64,000 bases of DNA from a bacterium (GTDB lineage: Bacteria > Patescibacteriota > Minisyncoccia > Phycocordibacterales > Phycocordibacteraceae). Every line of letters begins with the position of its first letter. Position 1 is the first letter of the stretch. The position numbers and the translations under genes are program-made. The stretch is from positions 8,535 to 72,534 of the forward strand of contig JAHFMR010000004.1 of NCBI GenBank assembly GCA_023267755.1, written 5' to 3'. Below, piece after piece: positions 36,277-48,646 of this stretch. The notes under the pieces were generated by a model. That model searched no databases, was not told the origin of the DNA, and saw only the letters and a program-made list of their open reading frames with translations.

Positions 36277-38058
36277 TCAAGCCCCTTCCCCTTCGGGGAA
36301 AAGCTTTCCGCCGAGCGTATTAATCTCTTCGAATGGAATTTCTCCTTTGAGCGCCTTAATAATGGCGTCCTCGCGCATAGTCAGCATCCCGCCAGCGCGC
36401 GCCGTCGCATAAATCCGCTCCTCAACCGGCTCTTTGAGCACTACCTGCTCCAGATCCTTATTCATATGCAATAGTTCGAAAACAGCAGTGCGCCCGCGCG
36501 TTCCGCTTGGACATTCGTCAGTCGAACCTGCGCGATAAAATTCAGTAAACGCCGGCAATTCTTTGCGATATTTCTCCGGAAGATCTGCAAAATCCTGTTC
36601 GAGAAAGGCCTTAAAACTATCTTTAATCGGGAAAGGCACCCCTGCTCCTGGGCAGAGCTTCCGAACGAGGCGCTGTCCGATGACAGAAACAAGGGTTGGC
36701 GCGATAAGGAAAGGGTCGACTCCCATATCGATGAGACGCGGAATTGCTCCCGCAGCGGTATTGGTGTGTATGGTCGAGAGTACCAGGTGCCCGGTCAGAG
36801 CCGCCTGCACCGCGAGTGCGGCTGTTTCTTTATCGCGAATTTCGCCGACCATAATGATGTCCGGGTCTTGCCGCAAGATAGAGCGCAGTCCGCTCGCGAA
36901 TGTATATCCTATTTCCGGCCGCACCTGGCTCTGCGAGACGCCAGGAATCTCGTATTCGACCGGATCCTCGAGCGACACGACGTTATTCCCTTCGCGATCC
37001 GTCTCGGAGAGCATCGCAAACAGTGTTGTCGACTTTCCTGATCCGGTCGGTCCTGCAATCAAGATGATGCCGTACGGTGCTCTCATCATCTCGCGGATGC
37101 TCGCCAGCTGACCCTTTGAGAGCCCAATCGACTCAATCGTCGTTGTCATATCGGAATGATCGAGGATACGCATTTCAACCTTCTCGCCGTATTCGGTCGG
37201 GAATGTCGAAACGCGGAAATCGATACGTCGATTTTCTATCGTAACCGAGAATCGTCCGTCCTGGGGTTGCCGCTTCTCGTCGAGACGTAGTTTTGAGAGA
37301 ATCTTGATGCGCGCTACTACCGCATCGTGCACCTTCCCCGGTAACTCAAGCGAGGTGTGCAACTCACCGTCCATACGAAATCGGATACGCGTCTTTGTCG
37401 GCGTCGGTTCGATGTGAATGTCGGACGAACGCCCTTCGATAGCATAACGGAGTATCGTCGACACGATCTTTGTTACCGGCGCATCCTCTTTAAGCGTTTC
37501 GTGTCGGCCGGTCGAGAGTGTAAGTGATTCCTCATCGTTTAAGACGGGCGTCCCTCCAGCAGGGGTCGGGTGTGCCTCATCAGTAAGCTTCGCGACAGTC
37601 TCGTATTCAGAAAGCGCCTTCCCCACCTCGTCTGAAAGGTTCTGATAGGCGTCAAGCACACGATCGAAGTCCTCTTTGGTGATAAGAGTAATCTTGTAGG
37701 GCATACCAGTCTTCCCAGAGATAAATTGCAGCGCGTCAAATGCTTCGATGTTGTCTGGATCGGTGATGCCGATCTCAAGCGCGCCGTCGGTGATGCCGAG
37801 CGGGACGAAGCCGTAATGACGAGCGGAATCGATTGGGATGTAGCGGAAAACTTCTTCGTTTGCAGGAGGATCGCCCAATATGCGCGCAGGAAGCCCATAG
37901 GTCTCCCCTGCTATTCGGAGCGCATCGGAGAGCGAGATACCACGATCGGCGAGGATATCCGCGAGAGAACGATCTTTTTTAGCAAGCGACGCTTCAACAG
38001 AAGCGCGATCGCTCGCTAACAGGATCCCCTTGTCTACAAGTAATTCGAGGAGGTTCAT
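36277..38058 (-). CDS. pilB: Pilus assembly ATPase
   Basis: SDIHIEP, PQDGR, GPTGSGKSTT, LRQDPDIIMVGEIRD. Confidence 0.95.
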   Translation of the reverse strand: MNLLELLVDKGILLASDRASVEASLAKKDRSLADILADRGISLSDALRIAGETYGLPARILGDPPANEEVFRYIPIDSARHYGFVPLGITDGALEIGITDPDNIEAFDALQFISGKTGMPYKITLITKEDFDRVLDAYQNLSDEVGKALSEYETVAKLTDEAHPTPAGGTPVLNDEESLTLSTGRHETLKEDAPVTKIVSTILRYAIEGRSSDIHIEPTPTKTRIRFRMDGELHTSLELPGKVHDAVVARIKILSKLRLDEKRQPQDGRFSVTIENRRIDFRVSTFPTEYGEKVEMRILDHSDMTTTIESIGLSKGQLASIREMMRAPYGIILIAGPTGSGKSTTLFAMLSETDREGNNVVSLEDPVEYEIPGVSQSQVRPEIGYTFASGLRSILRQDPDIIMVGEIRDKETAALAVQAALTGHLVLSTIHTNTAAGAIPRLIDMGVDPFLIAPTLVSVIGQRLVRKLCPGAGVPFPIKDSFKAFLEQDFADLPEKYRKELPAFTEFYRAGSTDECPSGTRGRTAVFELLHMNKDLEQVVLKEPVEERIYATARAGGMLTMREDAIIKALKGEIPFEEINTLGGKLFPEGEGA

Positions 38059-38450
38059 TGATTTGTTGTATTCGTCGCGGGACTGCTCGTTCCGAGAGCA
38101 CCCACGTCGCTCGGCCCACTAGTCCCAGCGCCCGCTGCAGGACGTGCGGCCGGAACGGAGGATCCTGACGCTGCTGTTGGCGCGAACGGATCGCTCCTTC
38201 TGAAGGACTCCGGAGTGATCGGTGTTGCAATATCCACTAACGCGTTAAACCGTGCGTCCGAAAAGATGCTCGTCTTAAAGGAAATTGACTCCAGCTCACC
38301 CACTGCTGCTGCAAATTGCATCTGACTTGAAGAAGCCCCCGCGTCGACGGAAAGAGGTGGTTGGTTCCCTGTCCCGGTAAAGAAGAACCAATACGCCGCA
38401 ACAGCGACGAGAAGTGTGATGATGCTGATGAGTACGATGTTCGGTTTCAT
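38055..38450 (-). CDS. Membrane-anchored pilus-operon protein at the PilP position
   Basis: N-terminal TM; RSDPF motif; lies between pilO and pilB. Confidence 0.6.
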   Translation of the reverse strand: MKPNIVLISIITLLVAVAAYWFFFTGTGNQPPLSVDAGASSSQMQFAAAVGELESISFKTSIFSDARFNALVDIATPITPESFRRSDPFAPTAASGSSVPAARPAAGAGTSGPSDVGALGTSSPATNTTNQ

Positions 38451-38460
38451 ATCATATGGG

Positions 38461-39015
38461 TTACCGCAGCCAATAGAGCGTTATTTTCATCTGGTAGGTA
38501 TACACGCCTGTATCGGATCCTTTTACGACGATATCTCGAACATCGAGCAATCGTTGGCTCTTTTCGACACCACGGAGGAAGGACTGCAGTGCAGGATACG
38601 TACCGACCGCTGAAAGGGACAAGTCGACTGAACCAACCGGTTTCGCCGTCGAGGACTGCGTGGCGCTCCCTTTTGCGTCAGATGCAGAGGAAGCTGCGAG
38701 CACGTCGATATTGGAGAGGGTTAACCCGTTACGTGCCGCGACCGCGTTTAGATCAAGGATGATGCCGACGTTATCGACCGAATCAGGAAGGAATACGCCC
38801 AATCGCGCGAGATCGGCTGGATCGATTGCATTACGCGCGGCGGCAAGCTCATTTTGCTGTCTCGAGTATGCTGTCGCGGCGGAAAGCGCCTGATCATCTG
38901 AGGTGATGGCGGTTCGCTTCTCGGTTATTGGGCCCGCCCATGTTGGCATAGCGTACCCGAACAATATCCCGGCAGCGATAATGAGCGCGAACGTTGGAAT
39001 GACGTTGTGGTTCAT
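38461..39015 (-). CDS. pilO: PilO-like protein
   Basis: TM, LPDS, GTYPALQSFL..EKSQRL. Confidence 0.8.
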   Translation of the reverse strand: MNHNVIPTFALIIAAGILFGYAMPTWAGPITEKRTAITSDDQALSAATAYSRQQNELAAARNAIDPADLARLGVFLPDSVDNVGIILDLNAVAARNGLTLSNIDVLAASSASDAKGSATQSSTAKPVGSVDLSLSAVGTYPALQSFLRGVEKSQRLLDVRDIVVKGSDTGVYTYQMKITLYWLR

Positions 39016-39590
39016 GGTATGAAAGCGACGACCTTTGGGTCGAGTGCCGCGGAAAGCACGAAAGAGACTGAACTATCTTTATTTACTACGAGATTCGAAA
39101 AAATGGCATCTTTTATACGGCCGTCGTTCGCAGCCGCGGCAGATAGCGCCGCGAGCGCGTTGAAACTCCTCGCCACACCGGTGCCATCGATCTTCACCTT
39201 CTTTGCCGCGTCGAGCGACAGGTGAAGAGATGAGAGGCGTACGCTTGTTGGTAGAAGTGCCTCAATAACGGCAAAGAACCCGGAGAGCGCGATATGGCTT
39301 GAAAGGAGTGCTGTGCTTGAGTTGAGGCGATTGCGCAGTTGCACGAACCCTTCGACCGTTGCGGGATCGATCTTCGCATTCGCTTCCTTCAAGGCCTCCT
39401 CCTTAGTGACCTGCATTCCGGAGAGAACACGGTCATAGCCAAAAAGTCCGAGTGCGAGCACAAAAACAACGCACAGAACAGTGTAAGCAAACAGCGCATA
39501 TCCACCGGTAAACTCAAAACGCGATTGTTGCGCGGCCGCAGATGCCGAACGCGGTACGAATGAAGTCGGTATCGTTGGGGGAATGTCCAT
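39012..39590 (-). CDS. PilN-like protein
   Basis: TM, coiled coil, LP.SVRL, IDGTG; between pilM and pilO. Confidence 0.72.
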   Translation of the reverse strand: MDIPPTIPTSFVPRSASAAAQQSRFEFTGGYALFAYTVLCVVFVLALGLFGYDRVLSGMQVTKEEALKEANAKIDPATVEGFVQLRNRLNSSTALLSSHIALSGFFAVIEALLPTSVRLSSLHLSLDAAKKVKIDGTGVARSFNALAALSAAAANDGRIKDAIFSNLVVNKDSSVSFVLSAALDPKVVAFIP

Positions 39591-39655
39591 TTCCCTTCAG
39601 TATACGGCACTCACGCGCCTCTCTTAGACAACGTCTGTGCAAAACATCTTGCTTT

Positions 39656-40756
39656 TTATATCTCTTCTAGCTTGCGCAAGGCGAGACCAACGGCCACCGC
39701 AAATTCAGGCCCTATCTCCTCGAGAACCGGGCGCATAAACGCGGGCGCTTCTGTTTTCATAAAAGGATCGGCGACATGCACATCAATCGAAAATGTGTTC
39801 TTCGCGTACGCTCCGAGCTGCTTGGTCACGCCGCCACCACCGGTGAGAACAATGGAGCCCACTGATTTCCCATTTGCCGTCTCGTACTGCACCAGGACGC
39901 GACGCGCTTCGGCGAAGATGCGCGAGAACACAAGCTCACCCCCCTCAAGAGTAGTCCCTGGGCTCGCGAGACCCTCCTTCTTCTTCAGTGCTTCAGCGCG
40001 CGGGATAGAGACATTGGTCGAGACTGAGATAGCACGCGTGATATCTTGGCTCCCGATACTGATAGCGTGCGAGAGCGCAACGACGCCCGACTCGATGATA
40101 TACGCCTTCGTCGAAGCAGCCCCAACATCAAGCACCATCACTGGGCGCGTCTGTTCCTCGACCACGGCACGGATAGTGCTGAAGATCTCAATCTCATAGA
40201 AGCTCGCGGTGAGATTTGCATTCGTGACAACGCTCTGAAGTAGCGCGAGTTCGTCATTATGCACAGCCACAAGGAGCACGTCGATTGTCTCAGGAGCACT
40301 GCTCGCTGCGTGAGGATCGGCCTCGGTAAGCTGCACCGGGTCTGATTTCGGAACGACAAACCAGTCGAGCTGCACTTCGCTCACCGGGACAGGGATATAT
40401 TTACGCGCTTCGAGCTCGATGACCGTTTTCTGCTCTGCAGGGTCCTTCCGATACGGCAAGGTGACGAGGATAAGGAGTGAGCGGGCAAACGGTATGGAGA
40501 CGCCGCAATTCTTCGTTGTCACCTTTGCTTCGCGCAGAAGATCCCTCAGCGTCTCGGTAATCTGTTCGACCGAGAGATTCGTCGCCTGTCCTACCTCCGA
40601 TCCGCCATAGGGACCGAGCGCAAGCTCGCCATAGGTCTCGAGCACTGCCTGTCCGCGCTCCTTGCGCAGCTGGACGACCTTCAAGGACGACGAACCGATA
40701 TCCACGCCGAGAACGCTTTTTTCCTTTTTTCCGAAGAAAGAATCGAGAAACGACAT
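39656..40756 (-). CDS. pilM: Pilus assembly protein PilM
   Basis: GVDIGSSSLKVV, EARKYIP, LDVGA, LTGGG, AVAVGLALR. Confidence 0.94.
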   Translation of the reverse strand: MSFLDSFFGKKEKSVLGVDIGSSSLKVVQLRKERGQAVLETYGELALGPYGGSEVGQATNLSVEQITETLRDLLREAKVTTKNCGVSIPFARSLLILVTLPYRKDPAEQKTVIELEARKYIPVPVSEVQLDWFVVPKSDPVQLTEADPHAASSAPETIDVLLVAVHNDELALLQSVVTNANLTASFYEIEIFSTIRAVVEEQTRPVMVLDVGAASTKAYIIESGVVALSHAISIGSQDITRAISVSTNVSIPRAEALKKKEGLASPGTTLEGGELVFSRIFAEARRVLVQYETANGKSVGSIVLTGGGGVTKQLGAYAKNTFSIDVHVADPFMKTEAPAFMRPVLEEIGPEFAVAVGLALRKLEEI

Positions 40757-40770
40757 GCGAGAATAATACC

Positions 40771-41385
40771 ATGTGGCGTTTTCTCGACATCCTCTTCCCG
40801 CCGCGCTCCGATGAAGCTGCGCTTCGCGGTATATCCACTGACGAATTCCTTGGGCTCGTCGCCCCACGCCTCGTCTCCGACACTCGCCCGGGAACAGCGG
40901 CACTCCTCTCCTACGCTGACTCTCGCGTGCGCGCGGCTATTCACGAAGCGAAGTACCACGGGAACGAGCGCGCTTTTGAACTGCTCAGCCTCGTGCTCGC
41001 CGACTACCTCCGCGAGAGTGATGATATCTATAGGAATCGTACGTCTCTCATTATCCCCGTGCCGCTCGGCACTGCCCGGCGGAAAGAGCGAGGTTTTAAT
41101 CAAGTTGAGGAAGTGGCACGACGAGCGGCACGGGAGCTTAATCTCACTGTTAACGCTTCCCTGCTCGTGCGCACACGCGAGACTGTCTCGCAGGTATCGC
41201 TCCCGCGCGAGAAACGAGAGGAGAATATGCGTAACGCTTTTCGTGCCACGCATTCTATCGACCCCAAGCACACGTATGTGCTCCTCGACGACGTCATCAC
41301 CACCGGCGCCACACTCCAAGCAGCTATCGACGCGCTCCGCGAAGCGGGCGCGGAACATATCGTCCCGCTCGCTCTCGCGCATTAA
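40771..41385 (+). CDS. comF: ComF-family phosphoribosyltransferase-like protein
   Basis: IPVPL, RGFNQ, LLDDVITTGAT. Confidence 0.9.
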   Translation: MWRFLDILFPPRSDEAALRGISTDEFLGLVAPRLVSDTRPGTAALLSYADSRVRAAIHEAKYHGNERAFELLSLVLADYLRESDDIYRNRTSLIIPVPLGTARRKERGFNQVEEVARRAARELNLTVNASLLVRTRETVSQVSLPREKREENMRNAFRATHSIDPKHTYVLLDDVITTGATLQAAIDALREAGAEHIVPLALAH

Positions 41386-41407
41386 ATTTGATATTGTGAC
41401 GCAACAC

Positions 41408-41496
41408 GGAGGGGTCGCATAGAGGCCTAGTGCGGCGGGTTGCTAACTCGCTATACGGGTAATACCGTATCGAGGGTTCGAATCCCTCCCCCTCCG
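41408..41496 (+). tRNA. tRNA-Ser(GCT)
   Basis: GGAGGGG...GCGGG-TT-GCT-AA-CTCGC, long variable arm, GGTTCGAATCC-CTCCCCCTCC-G. Confidence 0.96.
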
Positions 41497-41509
41497 CACC
41501 AGACAGACA

Positions 41510-41543
41510 AAAACACTCGCCGGCGTACGCCGGCGAGTGTTTT
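41510..41543. terminator. Bidirectional terminator-like hairpin
   Basis: AAAACACTCGCCGGCG-TA-CGCCGGCGAGTGTTTT between convergent units. Confidence 0.75.
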
Positions 41544-41561
41544 GTTTGAGAGACGTAAAAA

Positions 41562-41792
41562 TTACATCCCTGCCGGATTGCACGTGCGGCAATCTGCTTT
41601 GTGGCCGAAGCCGATGACGAGCGCCGAGGCGCCCACAAGCAAGTAGACGAGATTCTCGACCGTTGGCCAAGCGCCGAGGAGGAGATTCACGACGTTCCAG
41701 TTGCTGCCTGCCCAGTTGCCTACTGCGACGAGACCCCAGTTGAGAGCGCCGATAATCACGAGAGCGAACGCGATACCATGTAGTCCTTTCAT
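41562..41792 (-). CDS. DUF378-family small membrane protein
   Basis: LVIIGALNWGL, VYLLVGAS. Confidence 0.88.
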   Translation of the reverse strand: MKGLHGIAFALVIIGALNWGLVAVGNWAGSNWNVVNLLLGAWPTVENLVYLLVGASALVIGFGHKADCRTCNPAGM

Positions 41793-41888
41793 AGGAATTA
41801 GAGGATGGTTAAAGCGGTGGTGGTAACCCGCTCCCTTTAGTATGACCTTTTTTTAGCTCGCCAAGAGACCCCCTGTGCACAGCGGTCG

Positions 41889-42887
41889 TCACTCAAATAT
41901 AATCTGGAATCCATACATCCCCATCCCGCAGGTGCCGTGCAGGGTGCCGTGCGCCTGCTCTGCCGAGATAGAAACTTCCTCAATACCAGAAGGCTGAAGC
42001 GATTTCTGATATGAAAGTGCCGGGATAACGAGCGTCGAGGAACAGTCATAGGTATCGCTTGTCGTAATGCGTAGGAGTGTCGGCACACCTGCCTTCGCCA
42101 CTACTTCACGCGGCGAGTACCCGCTCTTCGCGGTCATATCGATAATCTGCTTCCCGTCGACAAGTGTCGCCACCGGCGCTGTCGAAGACTGTTTTTGTGA
42201 GAAAGAAGGCATGATACCGAGTACCGCGAGAATATTCACCAAACTGAAGATCGCGAGCGTGATAATCGCAACGCCGGCAATCTTGAAGAATGTCCCTCTC
42301 CACGACTGCTGCGCGAGCGAGAAGGAGCCAAACGAGATGAGCGCAAGTACCGGGAGGGTGCCGAGCGAAAAGAAGAACATAATGAGCGCACCCTGCATAA
42401 AGCTGCCCGTCGAGAGTGCCGCGAGCTGCATCGACTGGGTAAACCCGCAGGGTAAGAAGAATGTCCCAGCACCAAAGAGGAGCGGCGCGAGCGCGTGATC
42501 GAGTGTGCTCCAACTCGTCACCAGTTCAGTAAATCGTCTCGGCATCTTAACCTGGAGCTTCTTTACCGACGGGAAGAGATCGAGGAGACTGATGCCGAGA
42601 ACAAGCATCACGAGTGCAACGAATCCTTCCAATAGAACATTCGTCGTTGCACTAAGGTGCAGAGAACTGCCGATGACCCCGATAAGACCTCCAAGTAAGA
42701 AGAATCCGCCCAGCCGACCGATATGAAAGAGTGCTTGTGTTCGCCAGGAGCCGCCGCTTTTAGCTGAATTTGCCGCGAGCGTCAGCACGACTCCGCCGAC
42801 AATCGCGAGACACGAAGAAACTGAAGCAACGAGTCCAACGCCAAACGCCAGCTCGTAACTCACTTTCGAAGTAGCAAAAAAGTCCAT
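41889..42887 (-). CDS. TauE/DsbD_2-like membrane protein with a C-terminal cupredoxin-like domain
   Basis: SSCLAIVGG, FHIGR, FFLPCGF, GTLP, then GYSP and TCGMGMY. Confidence 0.82.
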   Translation of the reverse strand: MDFFATSKVSYELAFGVGLVASVSSCLAIVGGVVLTLAANSAKSGGSWRTQALFHIGRLGGFFLLGGLIGVIGSSLHLSATTNVLLEGFVALVMLVLGISLLDLFPSVKKLQVKMPRRFTELVTSWSTLDHALAPLLFGAGTFFLPCGFTQSMQLAALSTGSFMQGALIMFFFSLGTLPVLALISFGSFSLAQQSWRGTFFKIAGVAIITLAIFSLVNILAVLGIMPSFSQKQSSTAPVATLVDGKQIIDMTAKSGYSPREVVAKAGVPTLLRITTSDTYDCSSTLVIPALSYQKSLQPSGIEEVSISAEQAHGTLHGTCGMGMYGFQIIFE

Positions 42888-42898
42888 AGCTTATTTTC

Positions 42899-44146
42899 CT
42901 ATTCGTACCGAAGTGCGTCAATAGGGTTCTTCTTCCCTGCCTTGCGCGCTGGATAGATGCCGAATACCAGTCCAGCGATGGTCGACACGCCGAGACCCAG
43001 AAGCACCGCCGAGACCGGGAATGCAAAGACCCAGCCGATAGAGAAGAAATTCGACAGGACAAAATAGATGAGGCCGACGACTGCCGCACCCAGTACGATG
43101 CCGACGACCCCGCCTACCGAGGTGAGAAGTACCGACTCGATGAGGAATTGCTGGAGGATGTCGCGGTCGGTGGCACCCACCGCCTTACGCAGGCCTATCT
43201 CGCGAGTGCGCTCGGTGACCGACACCAGCATAATGTTCATAATCCCGATACCGCCGACAATAAGCGAGATGGAGGCGATGGCCGCCAAGAAGAGTGTGAG
43301 GATAGAGGTGATATTGCCGAGGATTGCGAGCGCGTCTTCCTGTGTGCGAATAGTGAAATCGTCCTTGCTCGGATCGGTGATAGCGTGATTCTGTCGAAGG
43401 ACGAAGGTGACACGCGATTTGACGAAGTTGATATCATAATCCGGGTCCGCTTCGATTATCACATCGCCGAAGTAGGTGGTGCCGAGCATCTGGCGCTGTG
43501 CCACGGTGAGCGGGATAATGACGATATTGTCCTGATCGACGCCGAAAGCACCGGTGCCCCCCTTAGCAAGCACCCCCACGACACGGAACGAGATGTCCTT
43601 AAGCCGTATCGTCTTCCCTATCGGATCGAGATGCGCACCGAAAAGCTTGGTGGCGAGCACTGGTCCGATAACTGCGACGTGTGCCCCGGACTCGACATCG
43701 CCCTTGGTAAAGGTCTGTCCCTTGCCCACCGGCATATTACGCACCGTAAAGAATTCAGCTTCCGTGCCTTCATAACCCACGTTAATATTGTTGTTGTCAT
43801 ACACTACTTGAGCTTGTCCACGCACTTCGGGGACTGCTGCGGTGATAGACGGCTCGCGGATGAAGGCGTCAACATCACGCTGCACTAAGCTCGTGATGAT
43901 GATGCCTTGTGACGAAGCTGGCGCGGAGAACTTACCTCCTCCAGAGCCGCCCGGCACCACAAAGATAAGATTGCTCCCGATACCCTGCACCTGATTCAAA
44001 ATAAGATCTTGCGCAGATTGTCCGATAGACATCAGGATAATGACCGAAGCGATACCTATCACGATACCGAGCATCGTGAGCACCGAACGCATCTTGCCGT
44101 GGGCGAGGCTGCGAGTGGAAGTCTTAAATGCGTCTCGGAAAAGCAT
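42899..44146 (-). CDS. MacB-like ABC permease
   Basis: RSVLTMLGIVIG, GGIGIMNIMLVSVTERTREIG, PIDALRYE. Confidence 0.94.
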   Translation of the reverse strand: MLFRDAFKTSTRSLAHGKMRSVLTMLGIVIGIASVIILMSIGQSAQDLILNQVQGIGSNLIFVVPGGSGGGKFSAPASSQGIIITSLVQRDVDAFIREPSITAAVPEVRGQAQVVYDNNNINVGYEGTEAEFFTVRNMPVGKGQTFTKGDVESGAHVAVIGPVLATKLFGAHLDPIGKTIRLKDISFRVVGVLAKGGTGAFGVDQDNIVIIPLTVAQRQMLGTTYFGDVIIEADPDYDINFVKSRVTFVLRQNHAITDPSKDDFTIRTQEDALAILGNITSILTLFLAAIASISLIVGGIGIMNIMLVSVTERTREIGLRKAVGATDRDILQQFLIESVLLTSVGGVVGIVLGAAVVGLIYFVLSNFFSIGWVFAFPVSAVLLGLGVSTIAGLVFGIYPARKAGKKNPIDALRYE

Positions 44147-44147
44147 A

Positions 44148-44855
44148 TTATTTAAGTGCGCCGTTATGGATGCGCTTGTTCTGTATCGGCTCGTCGCTCT
44201 CTATCATCCCGTCCTTCACACGGATAATGCGATCGGCAAATTCAGCCGTCTGTGTCTCGTGCGTCACGAGTATTACCGTGCGTCCTTTCTCGTGAAGCGC
44301 CTCGAGAATTTCCATAATCTGCAGCCCCGACTTGGAGTCGAGATTGCCGGTGGGCTCGTCGGCAAAAATAACGTTCGGATCGGTGACGAGAGCGCGCGCG
44401 ATAGCCACTCGTTGTTTCTGACCGCCCGAGAGTTTCCCCGCTTCGGTATAGAGCTTGTCCTCGAGCCCAACCGCGCGGACCGCTTTCTCTACCAGTCCCG
44501 TGCGTTCTCCCGCGAGAATATCTGAATAGAGCAGCGGTATCTCCACGTTGTCATAGACCGAAAGTCGCGAAAGAAGGTTGAATGATTGAAAGACGAAGCC
44601 CATATCCTTATTGCGGACGTGCGCGAGTTCTTGATCGGTCATATCGTCGATACTCTTCCCTTGGAAGGTGTAGGTCCCTCCGGTGGGCCGGTCGAGGAAA
44701 CTCAATATCTGCAGTAGCGTCGACTTACCCGATCCAGAGGGGCCCATAATAGAAACAAACTCGCCCTTCGCGATAGAGAAGGTCACGCTCTGGAGTGCCA
44801 CGGTCGGCGTCTCCTCGTCGGTGTACTCCTTCTGTAAGCCGCGAATATCGATCAT
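44148..44855 (-). CDS. ABC ATP-binding protein (MacB/LolD type)
   Basis: [26 protein letters not shown]. Confidence 0.95.
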   Translation of the reverse strand: MIDIRGLQKEYTDEETPTVALQSVTFSIAKGEFVSIMGPSGSGKSTLLQILSFLDRPTGGTYTFQGKSIDDMTDQELAHVRNKDMGFVFQSFNLLSRLSVYDNVEIPLLYSDILAGERTGLVEKAVRAVGLEDKLYTEAGKLSGGQKQRVAIARALVTDPNVIFADEPTGNLDSKSGLQIMEILEALHEKGRTVILVTHETQTAEFADRIIRVKDGMIESDEPIQNKRIHNGALK

Positions 44856-46291
44856 TTCGTCTTGAGTCCGATATTAATCACCTGCTCGCCCTGCGTGACG
44901 CCGGAGAGTACTTCGACGTTCCCATTCTGGTCTTGGATACCGAGCGTCACCGGACTCGTCGAAGCAACGCCCTTCACCAGCGTCTGCACAAATGTGCCAT
45001 TGTCGTTCTGCAGGATTGCGTATTGCGGGAGGATGAGCACATTGTCGTTTTGCTTGGCGCGTATGGTGAGATTGGCGGTAAGTCCGCTCTTCAGACGCTG
45101 GTCCGCTTTATTAAATGACACTTTAATCAGGTAGCTGATGACGCCCTGCGTGTTCGTCTGTGCTGGAGCGATGTAAAACACTGATCCGAGGAAGGTCTCG
45201 TTGGGGAACGCATCAAGCGTCATCGAGACTGCATCCCCCACCGAGAGCTTCCCAACGTCGGTCTCTGACACACCAGCGTCTACCTCAAACCCGCTCGTGC
45301 CGATGATAGAGACAAGCGGCGTGCCGAGTGTCGCGAGCTGCCCTATCTTCGCGTCCTGCTGCGTGATAGTGCCGCTTATTGGAGCAACTATTTGCGCGTT
45401 CCCTAGATTAGCACTCGCACTCGCAACGCCGGCCTTCGCCTGTGCCAGCTGCGCCTGTGCCTGTGCGACAATCGACTTCTGCGAAGCAATCGTCTGCGAG
45501 ATAGTGTTCAAACTCTTAGTGGCAGTATTCACCTCAGCGAGTGCTGTAGAGACGTTTGTCCGGTAAGCGGCGAGTGTCGTCGCCGAGACGCCGGACGCGC
45601 TGTTCAGTGTCGCCGAGACGTTATTGAGAAGCTGCCACACTGTAGCGAGGTACCCGAGCTCGTCCTTAGACAAGGCTTCGAGACTCGCTGTGGTCTGATC
45701 ACCCATCGCGAGTTCGGTCTGCCAGGCGTTCAACGCTGTCGTCGCAGCAACACGAGTAGCCTGCGCCGCTGTTTGAGATTGAAAGTCGGAGACGTTGTAT
45801 GTAATTTGTGCACTCGACGTTTCAGCATTGGAGAAGAACTGGTTGAGCTGGTTACGCACCGCGTCAGTGGCCTTAGCATATGCGTCAATCGATGCGTCCG
45901 GGATGCTGGCGTAGAGATTCGCGAGGTCCTGCTTCGATTTGTCGAGTGCCGCTTGACCTGAACTTACATTTGCCTGTGCCTGTTCCAGTGCTGCTGAGAG
46001 ACTTGCGGTGGAAAGTTCAGCGATAACCGCCCCAGCGGTCACGTACTCGCCGAGACCGTAGTTAATGCGCGCGATGGTGCCCGTATTCTGAAAGCCCAGT
46101 GTGACGCTCTTCATCGGTGTGGTGTTCCCGGTCACCGTCACCGTCTGGATGATAGAGCCGCGCGTCACCGCGATGAATTGGTAAGGAGATGCGCTCTTCT
46201 GCACAAAGAACCAGTATCCAGCACCAATGATGACGAGCGCCGCGAGTACATACTTCCATCCTGAAAATGTGAATCGAGAAAAGAAGCTCAT
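44852..46291 (-). CDS. MacA-like membrane-fusion protein
   Basis: TM anchor, lipoyl half-motifs, long coiled coil, IVAPISG. Confidence 0.88.
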   Translation of the reverse strand: MSFFSRFTFSGWKYVLAALVIIGAGYWFFVQKSASPYQFIAVTRGSIIQTVTVTGNTTPMKSVTLGFQNTGTIARINYGLGEYVTAGAVIAELSTASLSAALEQAQANVSSGQAALDKSKQDLANLYASIPDASIDAYAKATDAVRNQLNQFFSNAETSSAQITYNVSDFQSQTAAQATRVAATTALNAWQTELAMGDQTTASLEALSKDELGYLATVWQLLNNVSATLNSASGVSATTLAAYRTNVSTALAEVNTATKSLNTISQTIASQKSIVAQAQAQLAQAKAGVASASANLGNAQIVAPISGTITQQDAKIGQLATLGTPLVSIIGTSGFEVDAGVSETDVGKLSVGDAVSMTLDAFPNETFLGSVFYIAPAQTNTQGVISYLIKVSFNKADQRLKSGLTANLTIRAKQNDNVLILPQYAILQNDNGTFVQTLVKGVASTSPVTLGIQDQNGNVEVLSGVTQGEQVINIGLKTK

Positions 46292-46320
46292 ATCGTCAGT
46301 GTACACGACCTCTCTGCACA

Positions 46321-46348
46321 AAAAAAGCCGGGCATTCCCGGCTTTTTT
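46321..46348 (-). terminator. Terminator after groEL
   Basis: AAAAAAGCCGGG-CATT-CCCGGCTTTTTT. Confidence 0.82.
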
Positions 46349-46349
46349 G

Positions 46350-48294
<1,945 letters not shown>

Positions 48295-48409
48295 AGTCTC
48301 TATATATAAATGAATAAACACTCTGCCCTGATAAGAGGAGTATAGGGAACCATGCGTCCACAAGCAAGTTGCGTCGAGCGACCTTCCTGTGCTATCCTTC
48401 CTCTTACAG

Positions 48410-48646
48410 ATGGAGACACTCGTATCGGCACTGCCGTACGCGGAAGTCACCCTTTCAGTCCTGCTCATTATCGGTATCGTGCTCCAGCAGCGCGGTGCGA
48501 CCTTGGGGGGAGCCTTTGGAGGAGACAATTTCGCGTCAACGTTCTATAAGCGCCGCGGCGCTGAGAAATTCCTATTTAATGCGACAATCGTTATCGCGGT
48601 GCTACTCGTACTCGCAGCAATAGTGAACTTCCTCCTTGTAGGATAA
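48410..48646 (+). CDS. secG: Preprotein translocase subunit SecG
   Basis: VLQQRG..LGGAFGG, RRGAEKFL; two TMs. Confidence 0.9.
   Translation: METLVSALPYAEVTLSVLLIIGIVLQQRGATLGGAFGGDNFASTFYKRRGAEKFLFNATIVIAVLLVLAAIVNFLLVG

Noticed and set aside
29236-40756. Type II secretion system
   Set aside because: PilT and PilM/N/O are present and no secretin is seen, fitting a type IV pilus.
48295-48400. CIRCE operator upstream of groES
   Set aside because: Only a weak half-site (GAGTGTTTA); no matching left arm.
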